From positions 1,408,001-1,472,000 of the forward strand of contig CAUVXB020000002.1 in the NCBI GenBank assembly GCA_963555825.3: a DNA stretch of 64,000 bases, written 5' to 3'. A model generated the notes under the pieces. It saw only the letters and a list, made by a program, of their open reading frames with translations, searched no databases and was not told the origin of the DNA. Below are positions 53,417 through 64,000 of the stretch, piece after piece (position 1 is the stretch's first letter; each line of letters opens with the position of its first letter). Made by a program: the position numbers and the translations under genes. This DNA comes from Alphaproteobacteria bacterium. Lineage in GTDB: Bacteria > Pseudomonadota > Alphaproteobacteria > JAAXGF01.

Positions 53417-54643
53417 CTAGCCAGCATCGACCAGGGCCTTCAACCTCTCGAGCGTTTCCGCGCGGTCGGCGCGGTAGTCGCCGTCCTGCCACCACGCCTC
53501 GACGGCGGTGAGCCGGCGGCCGACCTCGGGTCCGACGGGCACGCCGAGCGCCGCCACGTCGGCGCCCTTGACCGGCAGCGCGGGGTCCTCCCAGGCGGCG
53601 GCGGTCGCGAGCATGGCGCGGATCGCGCCTGCGTCACCCGGCGCAGCCGCCCAGGCCATGGTGACCAAGTCGACGAACAGTGCCCGGCCGACGCGGTAGA
53701 GCGCGCGGCGCTGGACGCGGACGCTGTCGTCGGCGGCGATCGCGACGGCCGGCGTGGCCAGCGCGGCGAGGCGCTTGGTGTCGACCTTCGACAGGCGTAG
53801 CCGTTCGGCGGTCCGTTCGGTGCCACCTTGGCCGTCGCGCAACAAGCACGCCAGGCGGCGTAGCGGGTCGGCGGCGTCGCCCTCGATGGCGCAGAGCCCG
53901 GCGAGCGCGCCGACACCGGCAACCTCGGGCAGCACATGGCCGAGCACGCCTTCCTCGATCATCAACGCGACGACCGGCGCGGGCGCGGGCGCGGCCAGCA
54001 GCTTGAGCGTCTCGTCACGCAGCCGCTCGCCCGAGAGATTGGCCAGCAGAGGCGCCAATTCGCGGCAGGCGGCGAGCGCCGTGGCGTCCGCCTCGCCGCG
54101 ACCGTAATGGGCGTGGAACCGGAAGAAGCGCAACAGCCGAAGCGCGTCTTCTTCGATACGCGCGCGCGCATCGCCGACGAAGCGCACGCGGCCCCGGCGT
54201 GCATCCTCGATGCCGCCGACCGGGTCGTAGAGCGTGCCGTCGGCATCGCAGTACAACGCGTTCAGCGTGAAGTCGCGACGCGCCGCGTCGGCCACCCAGT
54301 CGTCGGTGAAGACGACCGTGGCGTGACGTCCGTCGGTCTCGACGTCATGACGGAGCGTCGTGACCTCGAACGGCGTGCCGTCGGCGACCGCGGTGACCGT
54401 GCCGTGTGCGATACCGGTCGGCACGGCCTTGAGGCCGGCCGCCTCGAGCAGTCGGGTAACGGTCTCCGGCGGGTCGGCGGTGGCGATGTCGACGTCCTTG
54501 ACGTCGCGCCCCAGCACGGCGTCGCGCACGCAGCCGCCGACGAAGCGCACGGTCGCGCCTTCGGCGGACAATGCCTCGGTCACCGCGCGGGTCGCGGGGG
54601 CCGTCATCCACGGCCGTGGCGCGATGCGATCGGCCGGCTGCAC
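53417..54643 (-). CDS. cca: CCA tRNA nucleotidyltransferase
   Basis: Motifs VGGCVRD, DVDIAT, DAARRDFTLNA and EDALRLLRFFRF. Confidence 0.92.
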   Translation of the reverse strand: MQPADRIAPRPWMTAPATRAVTEALSAEGATVRFVGGCVRDAVLGRDVKDVDIATADPPETVTRLLEAAGLKAVPTGIAHGTVTAVADGTPFEVTTLRHDVETDGRHATVVFTDDWVADAARRDFTLNALYCDADGTLYDPVGGIEDARRGRVRFVGDARARIEEDALRLLRFFRFHAHYGRGEADATALAACRELAPLLANLSGERLRDETLKLLAAPAPAPVVALMIEEGVLGHVLPEVAGVGALAGLCAIEGDAADPLRRLACLLRDGQGGTERTAERLRLSKVDTKRLAALATPAVAIAADDSVRVQRRALYRVGRALFVDLVTMAWAAAPGDAGAIRAMLATAAAWEDPALPVKGADVAALGVPVGPEVGRRLTAVEAWWQDGDYRADRAETLERLKALVDAG

Positions 54644-54647
54644 GCGG

Positions 54648-54932
54648 CTATTCCGTGTGGGAGGGGACGATTTCGCCGTCGACGATGCTGGGCGGAACGT
54701 ATTTCGACTCGGGCGGGCTCGAGCCGAGCAGCGCGAGGCTCACCAGGCTGGCGCCGAGCAGCGCGATGCCGCTGATGAACAGCCAGGTCCAGGGCGCCTC
54801 GCGCAGGCCCCAGCCCTCGGGCACCGCCTCGCCCGCGGCCTGTCGACGCCAGCGGTGTACGCCCAGCCAGATGCAGTACAGCAGCAGCGGCAGGATCAGC
54901 GGCAGGACGTAGTTTAGCAGAATACGGCTCAT
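54648..54932 (-). CDS. Small membrane protein (DUF6111-like)
   Basis: Two TM segments; C-terminal YVPP..DGEIVP; lies between the Nudix gene and cca. Confidence 0.75.
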   Translation of the reverse strand: MSRILLNYVLPLILPLLLYCIWLGVHRWRRQAAGEAVPEGWGLREAPWTWLFISGIALLGASLVSLALLGSSPPESKYVPPSIVDGEIVPSHTE

Positions 54933-55219
54933 GATGATGGGCTCAGGGTTTCGGCGAGGTCGACGATGATGCGGGCGGTCGCGCCCCAGATCATACGCCC
55001 GTTGTAGTCAAAGTAGAAATAATCGCGCATCCGGCCGCTGTATTCGATCTGGCCAATCTGGCGGTTGGCCGGGTCGAGCAGAAAGTCGAGCGGCACCTCG
55101 AACGCCTCGGCGACCTCGAACGCATCCAAGGTATAGACGATCGGCGGCGCGACGAAACCGATCACCGGGACGACGGCGAAGCCGGTCGCGATATCGTGCA
55201 GGCCGAGGCGCCCGATGAC

Positions 55220-56594
55220 GAGCTATAACCGAATCTTGTGTACGGCGTTGAAATGAAGGCGGCGTATCCTGGTGATTGTTGATGTCACCACTTGAGCTAA
55301 GCCAAGGAAGGATACGCCATGAAAGAGAATACCGTTGTTGCTTTTCAAAACCCATCTGATTTTCAGAAAGATCCGTTGACGGAAGTCCTACAAGCTGGAG
55401 CTCGCGAGTTGTTGGCCCAAGCCGTTGAGGCCGAGGTCTCCGTGTTTTTGGGTAGCCATGCGGCGCTTGTTGACGCCGCCGGCCGCCGCCGGGTTGTCCG
55501 CAATGGATATCTGCCGGAACGCTTCATCCAGACCGGGATCGGCCCGGTGAGCGTGCGCCAACCCCGTGTGCGGGACCGGGGGGACGGCGCCATCCGCTTC
55601 ACGTCGGCGATCCTGCCGCGCTATCTGCGCCGCGCCAAGAGCCTGGAAGACCTTTTGCCATGGCTGTATCTGAAGGGCATTTCCACCGGCGACTTCGGGG
55701 AAGCCTTGGCGGCGCTCCTGGGGAGCTCCGCGCCGGGGCTTTCGGCCTCCACGATCACCCGGCTGAAAGAGGTCTGGGGGGTTGAGGCGGAGCGCTGGCA
55801 ACGGCGCGACCTCACGGCCAAGCGCTACGTCTATTTCTGGGTGGACGGCATCTATTTCAGCGCCCGCATGGAGGAAGAGAAGCAGTGCATCCTGGTGATC
55901 GTCGGGGCCACGGACAAGGGACAGAAGGAACTGATCGCCATCGCCGACGGCTATCGCGAAAGTGAGCAGTCCTGGCTCGAAGTTCTGCTCGATCTCAAGC
56001 GGCGCGGCCTTGAAATGGGTCCGCAACTGGCGCTCGGCGACGGCGCGCTCGGCTTCTGGAAGGCGCTCCGCCAAGTCTACCCAGGCGCCCGCGAGCAACG
56101 CTGCTGGGTTCACAAGACGGGCAACGTCTTGAACAAGCTGCCCAAGGGTCTGCAAAAGAAAGCCAAGGGGCGCCTGCAAGACATCTGGATGGCCGAAACC
56201 AGGAAGGATGCCGAGAGCGCCTTCGACTTCTTCCTGGAAGCCTACGGGCCGAAGTACGACAAGGCCGCGGCCTGCCTGGCCAAGGACCGCGACGTCCTGC
56301 TGACGTTCTACGACTTCCCCGCCGAGCACTGGAAGCATGTACGCACGACCAACCCCATCGAGAGCACGTTCGCCACGGTTCGTCTGCGCACCTACCGGAC
56401 CAAGGGCTGCCTGTCGCGCAAGACGGCGATGGCCATGGTCTTCAAACTATGCCAGTGCGCTCAGAGAAAATGGAGAAAACTCGATGGATCGAACCATCTC
56501 GCCGAGATCATTCGCGGCGTCAAATTCGTAGATGGAGAACGCCAGGATCGCGCCGCCGCATGATCAGCCCATACACAACTTTTGACAATAGCTC
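55220..56594 (+). mobile_element. IS256-family element
   Basis: IRs GAGCTATAACCGAATCTTGTGTA and GAGCTATTGTCAAAAGTTGTGTA; 9-bp direct repeat CCCGATGAC. Confidence 0.95.
55319..56563 (+). CDS. IS256 (mutator-type) transposase
   Basis: Motifs RNGY, WVDGIY, GDGALG, QRCWVHK and RTTNPIES. Confidence 0.95.
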   Translation: MKENTVVAFQNPSDFQKDPLTEVLQAGARELLAQAVEAEVSVFLGSHAALVDAAGRRRVVRNGYLPERFIQTGIGPVSVRQPRVRDRGDGAIRFTSAILPRYLRRAKSLEDLLPWLYLKGISTGDFGEALAALLGSSAPGLSASTITRLKEVWGVEAERWQRRDLTAKRYVYFWVDGIYFSARMEEEKQCILVIVGATDKGQKELIAIADGYRESEQSWLEVLLDLKRRGLEMGPQLALGDGALGFWKALRQVYPGAREQRCWVHKTGNVLNKLPKGLQKKAKGRLQDIWMAETRKDAESAFDFFLEAYGPKYDKAAACLAKDRDVLLTFYDFPAEHWKHVRTTNPIESTFATVRLRTYRTKGCLSRKTAMAMVFKLCQCAQRKWRKLDGSNHLAEIIRGVKFVDGERQDRAAA

Positions 56595-56893
56595 CCCGAT
56601 GACCTCGATCCGGTCGATCGCAAGGCCGATCTCCTCCTCGGTTTCGCGCAGCGCCGTCGCCGCCGGATGGTCGTCGCCCGGCTCGATCCGCCCGCCCGGG
56701 AAGCTGATCTGCCCGGCGTGGTCGTCGAGATGCTCGGTGCGCCGGGTAAGGATCACGGTCAGCCCGTCGGCGTGCGTAACCAGCGGCACCAGCACGGCCG
56801 CCAGCGTCGCGCCGCCGACCGGCGCGGGCCAGGCGCCGGTGCCATCGCCGGCGCTGCCGCGCGCCGCCAGCCGCGCGCGCAGCTGGTCGGGCG

Positions 56894-57481
56894 TCATGCC
56901 GCCTCGCTCAGCCGGCCGAGCGGGAAGAAGCAGCCTGCGCTCCAGACGCCGAAAAGCGTCTCGTCGCCGAGCGTCTCTTCGACGCCGATCTCGACGAGTT
57001 GATAAAAGACCGCGCGCGCGATCAACGCCTCCAGCCGGCCGCGCACCAGCACATAGGGCGACGGCTCGCCGGTACGGTCGTCGAGCGCGACGCGGATCGG
57101 GTGCTTCGCGTCGGCCGTCACCTCGTCGTCCAGATTGGTGCGAAAATGCAACGATTGCGCCGATCCCGCGCCCTCGACGTCGAGTGCGACGGCGACGAAC
57201 GGCGCGTCGTCGACCACGACGCGGCCTTTTTCGACCGGCGTGGTCAGCCAGAATTCACCGTCCTCGTCGCGGCTCAGGACGGTCGAGAACAGCTTGGTCA
57301 GTTTTTTGCGACCGATGGGCGAGCCGTGGTAAAACCAAGTGCCGTCGCGGGCGATACGCATATCGAGATCGCCGCACAATTCGGGCTCGCGTCGTTTGCC
57401 CGCGTCGGGCGTCTGTGGCTCGCCGGTATCTGTGCCGAGAGCGGCGGCGAGGTTGGCCGGGTCGATTGTTGGTCTGGTCAT
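56894..57481 (-). CDS. DUF1285 protein
   Basis: Motifs CGDLDMRIARDGTWFYHGSPI, TPVEK and DDAPF. Confidence 0.9.
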   Translation of the reverse strand: MTRPTIDPANLAAALGTDTGEPQTPDAGKRREPELCGDLDMRIARDGTWFYHGSPIGRKKLTKLFSTVLSRDEDGEFWLTTPVEKGRVVVDDAPFVAVALDVEGAGSAQSLHFRTNLDDEVTADAKHPIRVALDDRTGEPSPYVLVRGRLEALIARAVFYQLVEIGVEETLGDETLFGVWSAGCFFPLGRLSEAA

Positions 57482-57518
57482 CCTAAATTCTCTTGCAGCA
57501 GATCACGGAGCGCACCCC

Positions 57519-58529
<1,011 letters not shown>

Positions 58530-58539
58530 TGGCCGGCGC

Positions 58540-59421
58540 ATGACCCAGGCGACCCTGGCGCGCCGTCAGGAGGCGGAACAGCTCGCCGCGACCCTGCCGT
58601 CGCTGCTGGTCGCCGCCGAGCGCGTCGCCGCGATCGTCGCCCAGGGCGTCCACGGTCGCCGCCGTGTCGGCATCGGCGAGACCTTCTGGCAATACCGGCG
58701 CTATCAGCCCGGCGATTCGACGACGCAGATCGATTGGCGGCAGTCCGCCAAGCGCAGCCACGTCTTCATCCGCGAGAACGAGTGGGAGGCGGCCGAGAGC
58801 GTCTGGATCTGGTGCGACGCCTCGCCATCGATGCGCTATCAATCGGCGCTCGCGCGGACCACCAAGGAGGACCGCGCCGCGCTCATGGCACTGGCGCTCG
58901 CCGTGCTGCTAATCCGTGGTGGAGAGCAGGTCGCCTTGCTCGGCGGCGATAGCCGGCCGACGACCGGCAGCACCACGCTGACGCGTCTCGCGACCGAGCT
59001 CGAGCACGGCGAGGAGGACCAGCCCAGCCAGCCGCCCATGGCGGTCTTGCCGCGCTATGCGCAGGTCGTGCTGATCGGCGATTTCCTGTCGCCAACCGAG
59101 GAGACCGAGGCGCTCATCAGGCATTACGTCGGCGGCGGCGTGAAGGGCCATCTGCTGCAGATCGTCGATCCCGCCGAGGAGACCCTGCCGTTCAGCGGGC
59201 GAACGCGGTTCGAGGGGCTCGAGGACGAGGGCGACATACTCGTCGGACGTCCGGAATCGCTGCGCGACGACTATGTCGGGCGCTTCCTCGCGCACCGCGC
59301 CGAGATCGCCGCGTTCGCGCGCGCCGCCGGCTGGAACTTCGCCGTGCACCACACAGACCGCCCGGCACAGACCGCCTTGCTCGCGCTCTATGTCGCCATG
59401 TCGGCGCAATCGGGGTGGTGA
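58540..59421 (+). CDS. DUF58 protein
   Basis: Motifs GVHGRRRVG.GE.FWQYR and IDWRQSA; follows moxR. Confidence 0.92.
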   Translation: MTQATLARRQEAEQLAATLPSLLVAAERVAAIVAQGVHGRRRVGIGETFWQYRRYQPGDSTTQIDWRQSAKRSHVFIRENEWEAAESVWIWCDASPSMRYQSALARTTKEDRAALMALALAVLLIRGGEQVALLGGDSRPTTGSTTLTRLATELEHGEEDQPSQPPMAVLPRYAQVVLIGDFLSPTEETEALIRHYVGGGVKGHLLQIVDPAEETLPFSGRTRFEGLEDEGDILVGRPESLRDDYVGRFLAHRAEIAAFARAAGWNFAVHHTDRPAQTALLALYVAMSAQSGW

Positions 59422-59425
59422 CGCC

Positions 59426-62152
59426 ATGATCGATCTCGGCGGCTTCGCCTTCGCGGCGCCCTGGATGCTCGCGGCGCTGGTCATCGTGCCGCTGATCTGG
59501 TGGCTGTTGCGGATCACGCCGCCGACCCCGGCGCGGGTGTTGTTTCCGGCGGTGCGTCTGCTGTTCGGCCTGATGCGCGACGAGGAGACGCCGGCCAAGA
59601 CGCCGCCCTGGCTGATCGTCCTGCGCATGGCGATCGCGACGCTCGTCATTCTCGCCCTCGCCGAGCCGCTACTCAATCCGGGCGTCCGGCTCGAGGGCCA
59701 GGGGCCATTGCTCATCGCGGTCGACGACGGCTGGGCGTCGGCGCGGCGTTGGGATCGACGCCAGGCGGCGCTGGCCGATCTGATCGACAAGGCCGAGCGC
59801 GCCGATCGGCCGGTCGTCTTGTTGACCACGGCGCCGACCGCCGCCGATGGCATGACGCCGCCAAGCGGCATCCTGCGCGCCGCTCAGGCGCGCGATATCG
59901 CCCAGGCGATGCAGCCCAAGCCGTGGCCGGTCGACCGCGACGCCGCCCGGGCCACGCTCGGACGCCTCTTGATCGGCGGTGGCGCAGACGTGGTGTGGCT
60001 GAGCGACGGGCTCGAGGGTGGTGACACAAGATTTGCCGCCGCGCTGGCCGCGCGTGGCCGCCTGCGCGTGTTCGTTGACGCCGACCTAGGGCGCACGCTT
60101 GTGCTCGCGTCGCCTGGCGCCGAACCCGGCGTCATGCGCCTGACCGTCAAGCGCCCCGCCGCCGCCGCCGCCGATGAGGTCTGGTTGCGCGCAAGCAGCG
60201 AGAGCGGCGCCGTGCTGGCGCGTCAACGGGTGCTATTCGCCGCCGGTGAGCACGACGCCGAGGTCGTCGTCGAGGCGCCGGCCGAGCTGCGCAACGATAT
60301 CGTGCGCCTCGATATCGAGGGCGCGCGCAGTGCCGCCGGCGTCGTCCTGATCGACGAACGTTGGCGGCGCCGGCCGGTCGGGCTGGTGTCGGCGAGCTCG
60401 GCCGAGGCCGACCAGCCGTTGCTGTCCGAACTGTACTATCTCGAGCGCGCGCTCAATCCCTTCAGCGAGGTCCGCAAGGGCGAATTGCGCGAGCTGTTGG
60501 CGCGGCCGCTCGCCGTGCTGGTTCTCGCCGACGTCGCCAAGGTGATCGGCGACGACCGGTCGGCGTTGGTCGACTGGCTGGAGGCCGGCGGCGTGCTGAT
60601 CCGCTTCGCCGGCCCGCGCATCGCCGATCGTACGGGCGACACCGACGACCTGGTGCCGGTCCGGCTGCGCGGCGGCGGCCGCGTGCTCGGCGGTGCGATG
60701 TCGTGGAACGAGCCGGCGCCGCTCGCACCCTTCGCACCCGGCACGCCGTTCGCCGGATTGGCCGTGCCCGCCGACGTACGGGTGCATCGCCAGGTGCTCG
60801 CCGAGCCAGCGCTCGACCTCGCTGCCAAGACTTGGGCGCGGCTCGCCGACGGCACGCCATTGGTGACCGCCGAACGGCGCGAGCACGGCTGGTTGGTGCT
60901 GGTCCACACGACCGCCAACACGGCCTGGTCGGATCTCGCGTTGTCGGGGCTCTTCGTCGAGATGCTGCAGCGCCTGGCGGCCCTGAGTCAGGGCGTCGCG
61001 GGCGAGGCCGGACAAGGTTTTCTCGCGCCGATCACGACGCTCGACGGGTTCGGGCGGCTGGCCGACCCGCCGCCGACCGCGCGGCCGATACCGACCGCCG
61101 ACATCGTCACGGCCTCGGCGGGACCGGCGAGCCCGCCCGGCTTCTACGGCGCCGACGGGGCGCGTCACGCGCTGAACCTGGGCGCCGGGATGGGCGCGCT
61201 GCGCGCCATCGGCGCGCTGCCGGAAAGCGCCGAGAAACGCGTCTATGGCGAGACCGGCGAGATCGATATCGGCGCCTGGCTGCTCGTCGCGGTCGTTGTT
61301 CTCGCATTGGTCGACCTGATTGCCAGCCTGGCGCTGCGCGGACTCGTCCGGTTGGGCGCCGCGGCGGCGACGGCGGGCGCCGTTCTGGTGGTCCTCGCCG
61401 CGCCGCCGGCGTACGCCCAACAGGACGACGACTTCGTTCTCAAGGCGACGCTCGAGACACGGCTCGCCTATGTGCGGACCGGCGACGACGGGCTCGACGA
61501 GATCAGCCGCGCCGGCTTGGTAGGCCTTGGCGCGACGCTGCGCGCGCGCACCTCGATCGAGCCGGCGCCACCGATGGGGATCGACATCGACCGCGACGAG
61601 ATCATCTTCTTCCCGCTGATCTATTGGCCGATGAGCGCGACGCAGCCGCCGCTCCGGCCGCGGGCGCTGGCCAAGGTCGACCATTACCTGAAGACCGGCG
61701 GCATCATCCTGTTCGACACGCGCGACCAGAACGCGCGCCTGTCGGGCAACATCGGCGGTGGCGGGCCGGGCGCCAAACAATTGCGCAAGCTGCTCGGCGG
61801 GCTCAACGTGCCGCCGCTGCAGCCGGTGCCGGCCGAGCATGTGCTGACCCGCGCGTTCTATCTGATGCAGGATTTCCCGGGCCGCTGGACCGGCGGGCCG
61901 CTCTGGGTCGAGCGCCACGAGGGCGGCGTCAACGACGGCGTCTCATCGCTCATCATCGGCAGCCACGATTGGGCGGCGGCCTGGGCGATCGACCAGCAGC
62001 GGCGCCCGATGTTCGCTGTCGTGCCCGACGGCGAGCGTCAGCGCGAACAGGCCTACCGCTTCGGCATCAACCTCGTGATGTACGCCATGACCGGCAACTA
62101 CAAGGCCGATCAGGTGCACTTGCCGGCGATCCTCGAGCGACTCGGCCAATGA
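59426..62152 (+). CDS. BatA N-terminal / DUF4159 membrane protein
   Basis: FAAPW..LLRITPP, ALAEP, C-terminal RFGINLVMYAMTGNYKADQVH. Confidence 0.9.
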   Translation: MIDLGGFAFAAPWMLAALVIVPLIWWLLRITPPTPARVLFPAVRLLFGLMRDEETPAKTPPWLIVLRMAIATLVILALAEPLLNPGVRLEGQGPLLIAVDDGWASARRWDRRQAALADLIDKAERADRPVVLLTTAPTAADGMTPPSGILRAAQARDIAQAMQPKPWPVDRDAARATLGRLLIGGGADVVWLSDGLEGGDTRFAAALAARGRLRVFVDADLGRTLVLASPGAEPGVMRLTVKRPAAAAADEVWLRASSESGAVLARQRVLFAAGEHDAEVVVEAPAELRNDIVRLDIEGARSAAGVVLIDERWRRRPVGLVSASSAEADQPLLSELYYLERALNPFSEVRKGELRELLARPLAVLVLADVAKVIGDDRSALVDWLEAGGVLIRFAGPRIADRTGDTDDLVPVRLRGGGRVLGGAMSWNEPAPLAPFAPGTPFAGLAVPADVRVHRQVLAEPALDLAAKTWARLADGTPLVTAERREHGWLVLVHTTANTAWSDLALSGLFVEMLQRLAALSQGVAGEAGQGFLAPITTLDGFGRLADPPPTARPIPTADIVTASAGPASPPGFYGADGARHALNLGAGMGALRAIGALPESAEKRVYGETGEIDIGAWLLVAVVVLALVDLIASLALRGLVRLGAAAATAGAVLVVLAAPPAYAQQDDDFVLKATLETRLAYVRTGDDGLDEISRAGLVGLGATLRARTSIEPAPPMGIDIDRDEIIFFPLIYWPMSATQPPLRPRALAKVDHYLKTGGIILFDTRDQNARLSGNIGGGGPGAKQLRKLLGGLNVPPLQPVPAEHVLTRAFYLMQDFPGRWTGGPLWVERHEGGVNDGVSSLIIGSHDWAAAWAIDQQRRPMFAVVPDGERQREQAYRFGINLVMYAMTGNYKADQVHLPAILERLGQ

Positions 62153-64000
62153 CCGAGGCGATGACCACGATCGCCGCCGCGCCGCTCGTGCCGTGGCCTC
62201 TGATCGCGCTGCTCGCGATCGCCGCCATGGCCGGCATCGGCTTGGCGCTCAAGTGCCGGGCGCGCGGCGCCTGGTGGCGCGCGCTCGGCTTCGCCGCGGC
62301 GCTCGGCGCGCTGATCAACCCGGCGCTGGTCGAGGAGGTGCGCGAGTTGCTGCCCGACGTCGCCGTCGTCGTGATCGACGATTCGGCGAGCCAGTCGATC
62401 GGCACGCGGCGCGACCAGGCGGCGGCGGCGGCCGACGCGTTGGCCGCGCGCCTCGCGGAGATCCCCAATCTCGAGACACGCACCGTCGTCTTCGACGCGG
62501 CGGCGAGCGCCGCCGGCGCGACGCCGGGTTCGGGGACGCGGCTGTTCGAGCTGCTCGGCCGCACCCTGGTCGACGTACCGCGCCAGCGGCTCGCCGGCGT
62601 CGTCATGGTGACCGACGGCCAGGTGCACGACGTGCCGGCCGATGTCGCCGCGCTCGGCCTCGACGCGCCGCTGCACCTCTTGCTCACCGGCCAGCACGGC
62701 GACCGCGACCGCCGGCTGGTCGTCGAGCGCGCGCCGCGCTATGGCGTGGTCGGCAATACCCAGACCCTAGTCGTGCGCGTCGAGGATGCCGGCAACCCGG
62801 CGAGCAACGGCAGCCTTGCAAAAGTTACTGTACGGCGCGGCGCCGGTGCCGAGCAGTCGTACTTCGTGCCGGTCGGCGTCAGCCACGAATTGGACTTCGA
62901 TCTCGACCGCGCCGGTATGACGGTGATCGAGATCGATGTCGAGGATGGCCCCGGCGAGCTGAGCCGCTTGAACAACCGCGCCGTCGTCGAGGTCAACGGG
63001 GTGCGCGAGCGCCTGCGCGTGCTGCTCGTCTCGGGTGTCGCGCATGCCGGCGAACGCGTCTGGCGCAACCTCTTGAAGTCCGACCCGTCGGTCGATCTGG
63101 TCCATTTCACGATCCTGCGGCCGCCCGAGAAGCAGGACGCGACACCGATCCACGAACTGGCGCTGATTTCTTTTCCGATCCGCGAACTGTTCGAGATCAA
63201 GCTGAACGAATTCGATCTGATCATCTTCGACCGATACCGGCGGCGCGGCGTCGTGCCGGTCACCTATCTGGGCAACATCGCGCGTTATGTCGAAGAGGGC
63301 GGCGCGCTACTCACCGCCGCCGGCCCGTCGTTCGCCTCGACGCTCAGCCTGTTCCGCACGCCGCTCAACTACGTGCTGCCGGCGAGCCCGACCGGCGAGG
63401 TCATCGAGACCGGCTACCGCGCCGAGTTGACCGCGCTCGGCCGGCGCCATCCGGTGACCGCCAACCTGCCCGGCGCCGGCGCGGTCGGCGAGACGCCGAG
63501 CTGGGGCCGCTGGTACCGCCAGATCGACGCCGAGGTCGACCGCGGCGTCGCGCTGATGGAAGGCGTCGCGGACCGGCCTGTGCTGGTGCTCGACCGGCTC
63601 GGCGAGGGCCGTGTCGCGCAGCTCCTGACCGACCATCTGTGGCTCTGGGCGCGCGGTCACGAGGGCGGCGGCCCGCAGGCCGAGCTGTTGCGCCGTCTCG
63701 CGCATTGGTTGATGAAAGAGCCCGACCTCGAGGAAGAGGACCTGCGCGCCGTCTCGCGCGGCGGCAAGATCGACATCATCCGCCGCAGCCTGTCCGACGC
63801 GGTGGTGCCGGTCAGCGTCACGGCGCCGTCGGGCGCGATCCGCGAGGTCGACCTCGAGGACGCCGGCGACGGCCGTTCGGTGGCGACGATCGCGGTCGAC
63901 GAGCCGGGCATCTACCGCCTGAGCGACGGTGTGCACACGGCGATCAGCGCGGTCGGCGAGATCAACCCGCTCGAATTCGCCGATCTGCGCGCCAGCGCCG
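62149..64000 (+). CDS. Conserved membrane protein with GATase-like domain (MoxR cluster), 3'-partial
   Basis: Open frame MTEAMTTIAAAPLVPW..WRNLLKSDPSVDLVHFTILRPPEKQD..; absent from the ORF track because it runs off the window. Confidence 0.85.
   Translation, partial: MTEAMTTIAAAPLVPWPLIALLAIAAMAGIGLALKCRARGAWWRALGFAAALGALINPALVEEVRELLPDVAVVVIDDSASQSIGTRRDQAAAAADALAARLAEIPNLETRTVVFDAAASAAGATPGSGTRLFELLGRTLVDVPRQRLAGVVMVTDGQVHDVPADVAALGLDAPLHLLLTGQHGDRDRRLVVERAPRYGVVGNTQTLVVRVEDAGNPASNGSLAKVTVRRGAGAEQSYFVPVGVSHELDFDLDRAGMTVIEIDVEDGPGELSRLNNRAVVEVNGVRERLRVLLVSGVAHAGERVWRNLLKSDPSVDLVHFTILRPPEKQDATPIHELALISFPIRELFEIKLNEFDLIIFDRYRRRGVVPVTYLGNIARYVEEGGALLTAAGPSFASTLSLFRTPLNYVLPASPTGEVIETGYRAELTALGRRHPVTANLPGAGAVGETPSWGRWYRQIDAEVDRGVALMEGVADRPVLVLDRLGEGRVAQLLTDHLWLWARGHEGGGPQAELLRRLAHWLMKEPDLEEEDLRAVSRGGKIDIIRRSLSDAVVPVSVTAPSGAIREVDLEDAGDGRSVATIAVDEPGIYRLSDGVHTAISAVGEINPLEFADLRASA

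Larger units (their letters stand above)
54929..56897 (-). pseudogene. Nudix CoA pyrophosphatase (NudL-like), split by IS256
   Basis: AAVLVPL, HAGQISFPGG and ALRETEEEIG before the IS; TGFAVVPV, EVAEAFEVPL and IWGATA after it. Confidence 0.9.

Overview
High-GC chromosomal segment from an alphaproteobacterium. Gene order and content look Rhodospirillales-like, which is an inference. The backbone is mostly conserved housekeeping: yebC-ruvCAB-ybgC-tolQRAB-pal-cpoB-tilS-ftsH-folP-glmM, petABC-mtnP-apt-mtnA, trmL-hemF, trcR, hldE, cca, and a MoxR/DUF58/BatA-DUF4159 cluster. Six insertion sequences lie on this backbone: one IS1182, two near-identical IS630, two different IS3-family elements and one IS256. 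They interrupt a SnoaL-like gene, a Nudix CoA pyrophosphatase, another IS, and a large hybrid histidine kinase that heads a REC/REC/REC-cyclase operon. The most interesting structure not explained by genes is non-coding: (i) a 268-bp TA-flanked element inserted into the cpoB stop codon, with terminal inverted repeats and two inverted internal modules whose hairpins covary; (ii) two palindromic elements whose 27-bp arms are built from 8-9-bp periodic units; (iii) an IS1182 inserted in the loop of a REP-like palindrome. No rRNA, tRNA or CRISPR array was recognised. All product calls come from motif recognition by eye, not from database searches.
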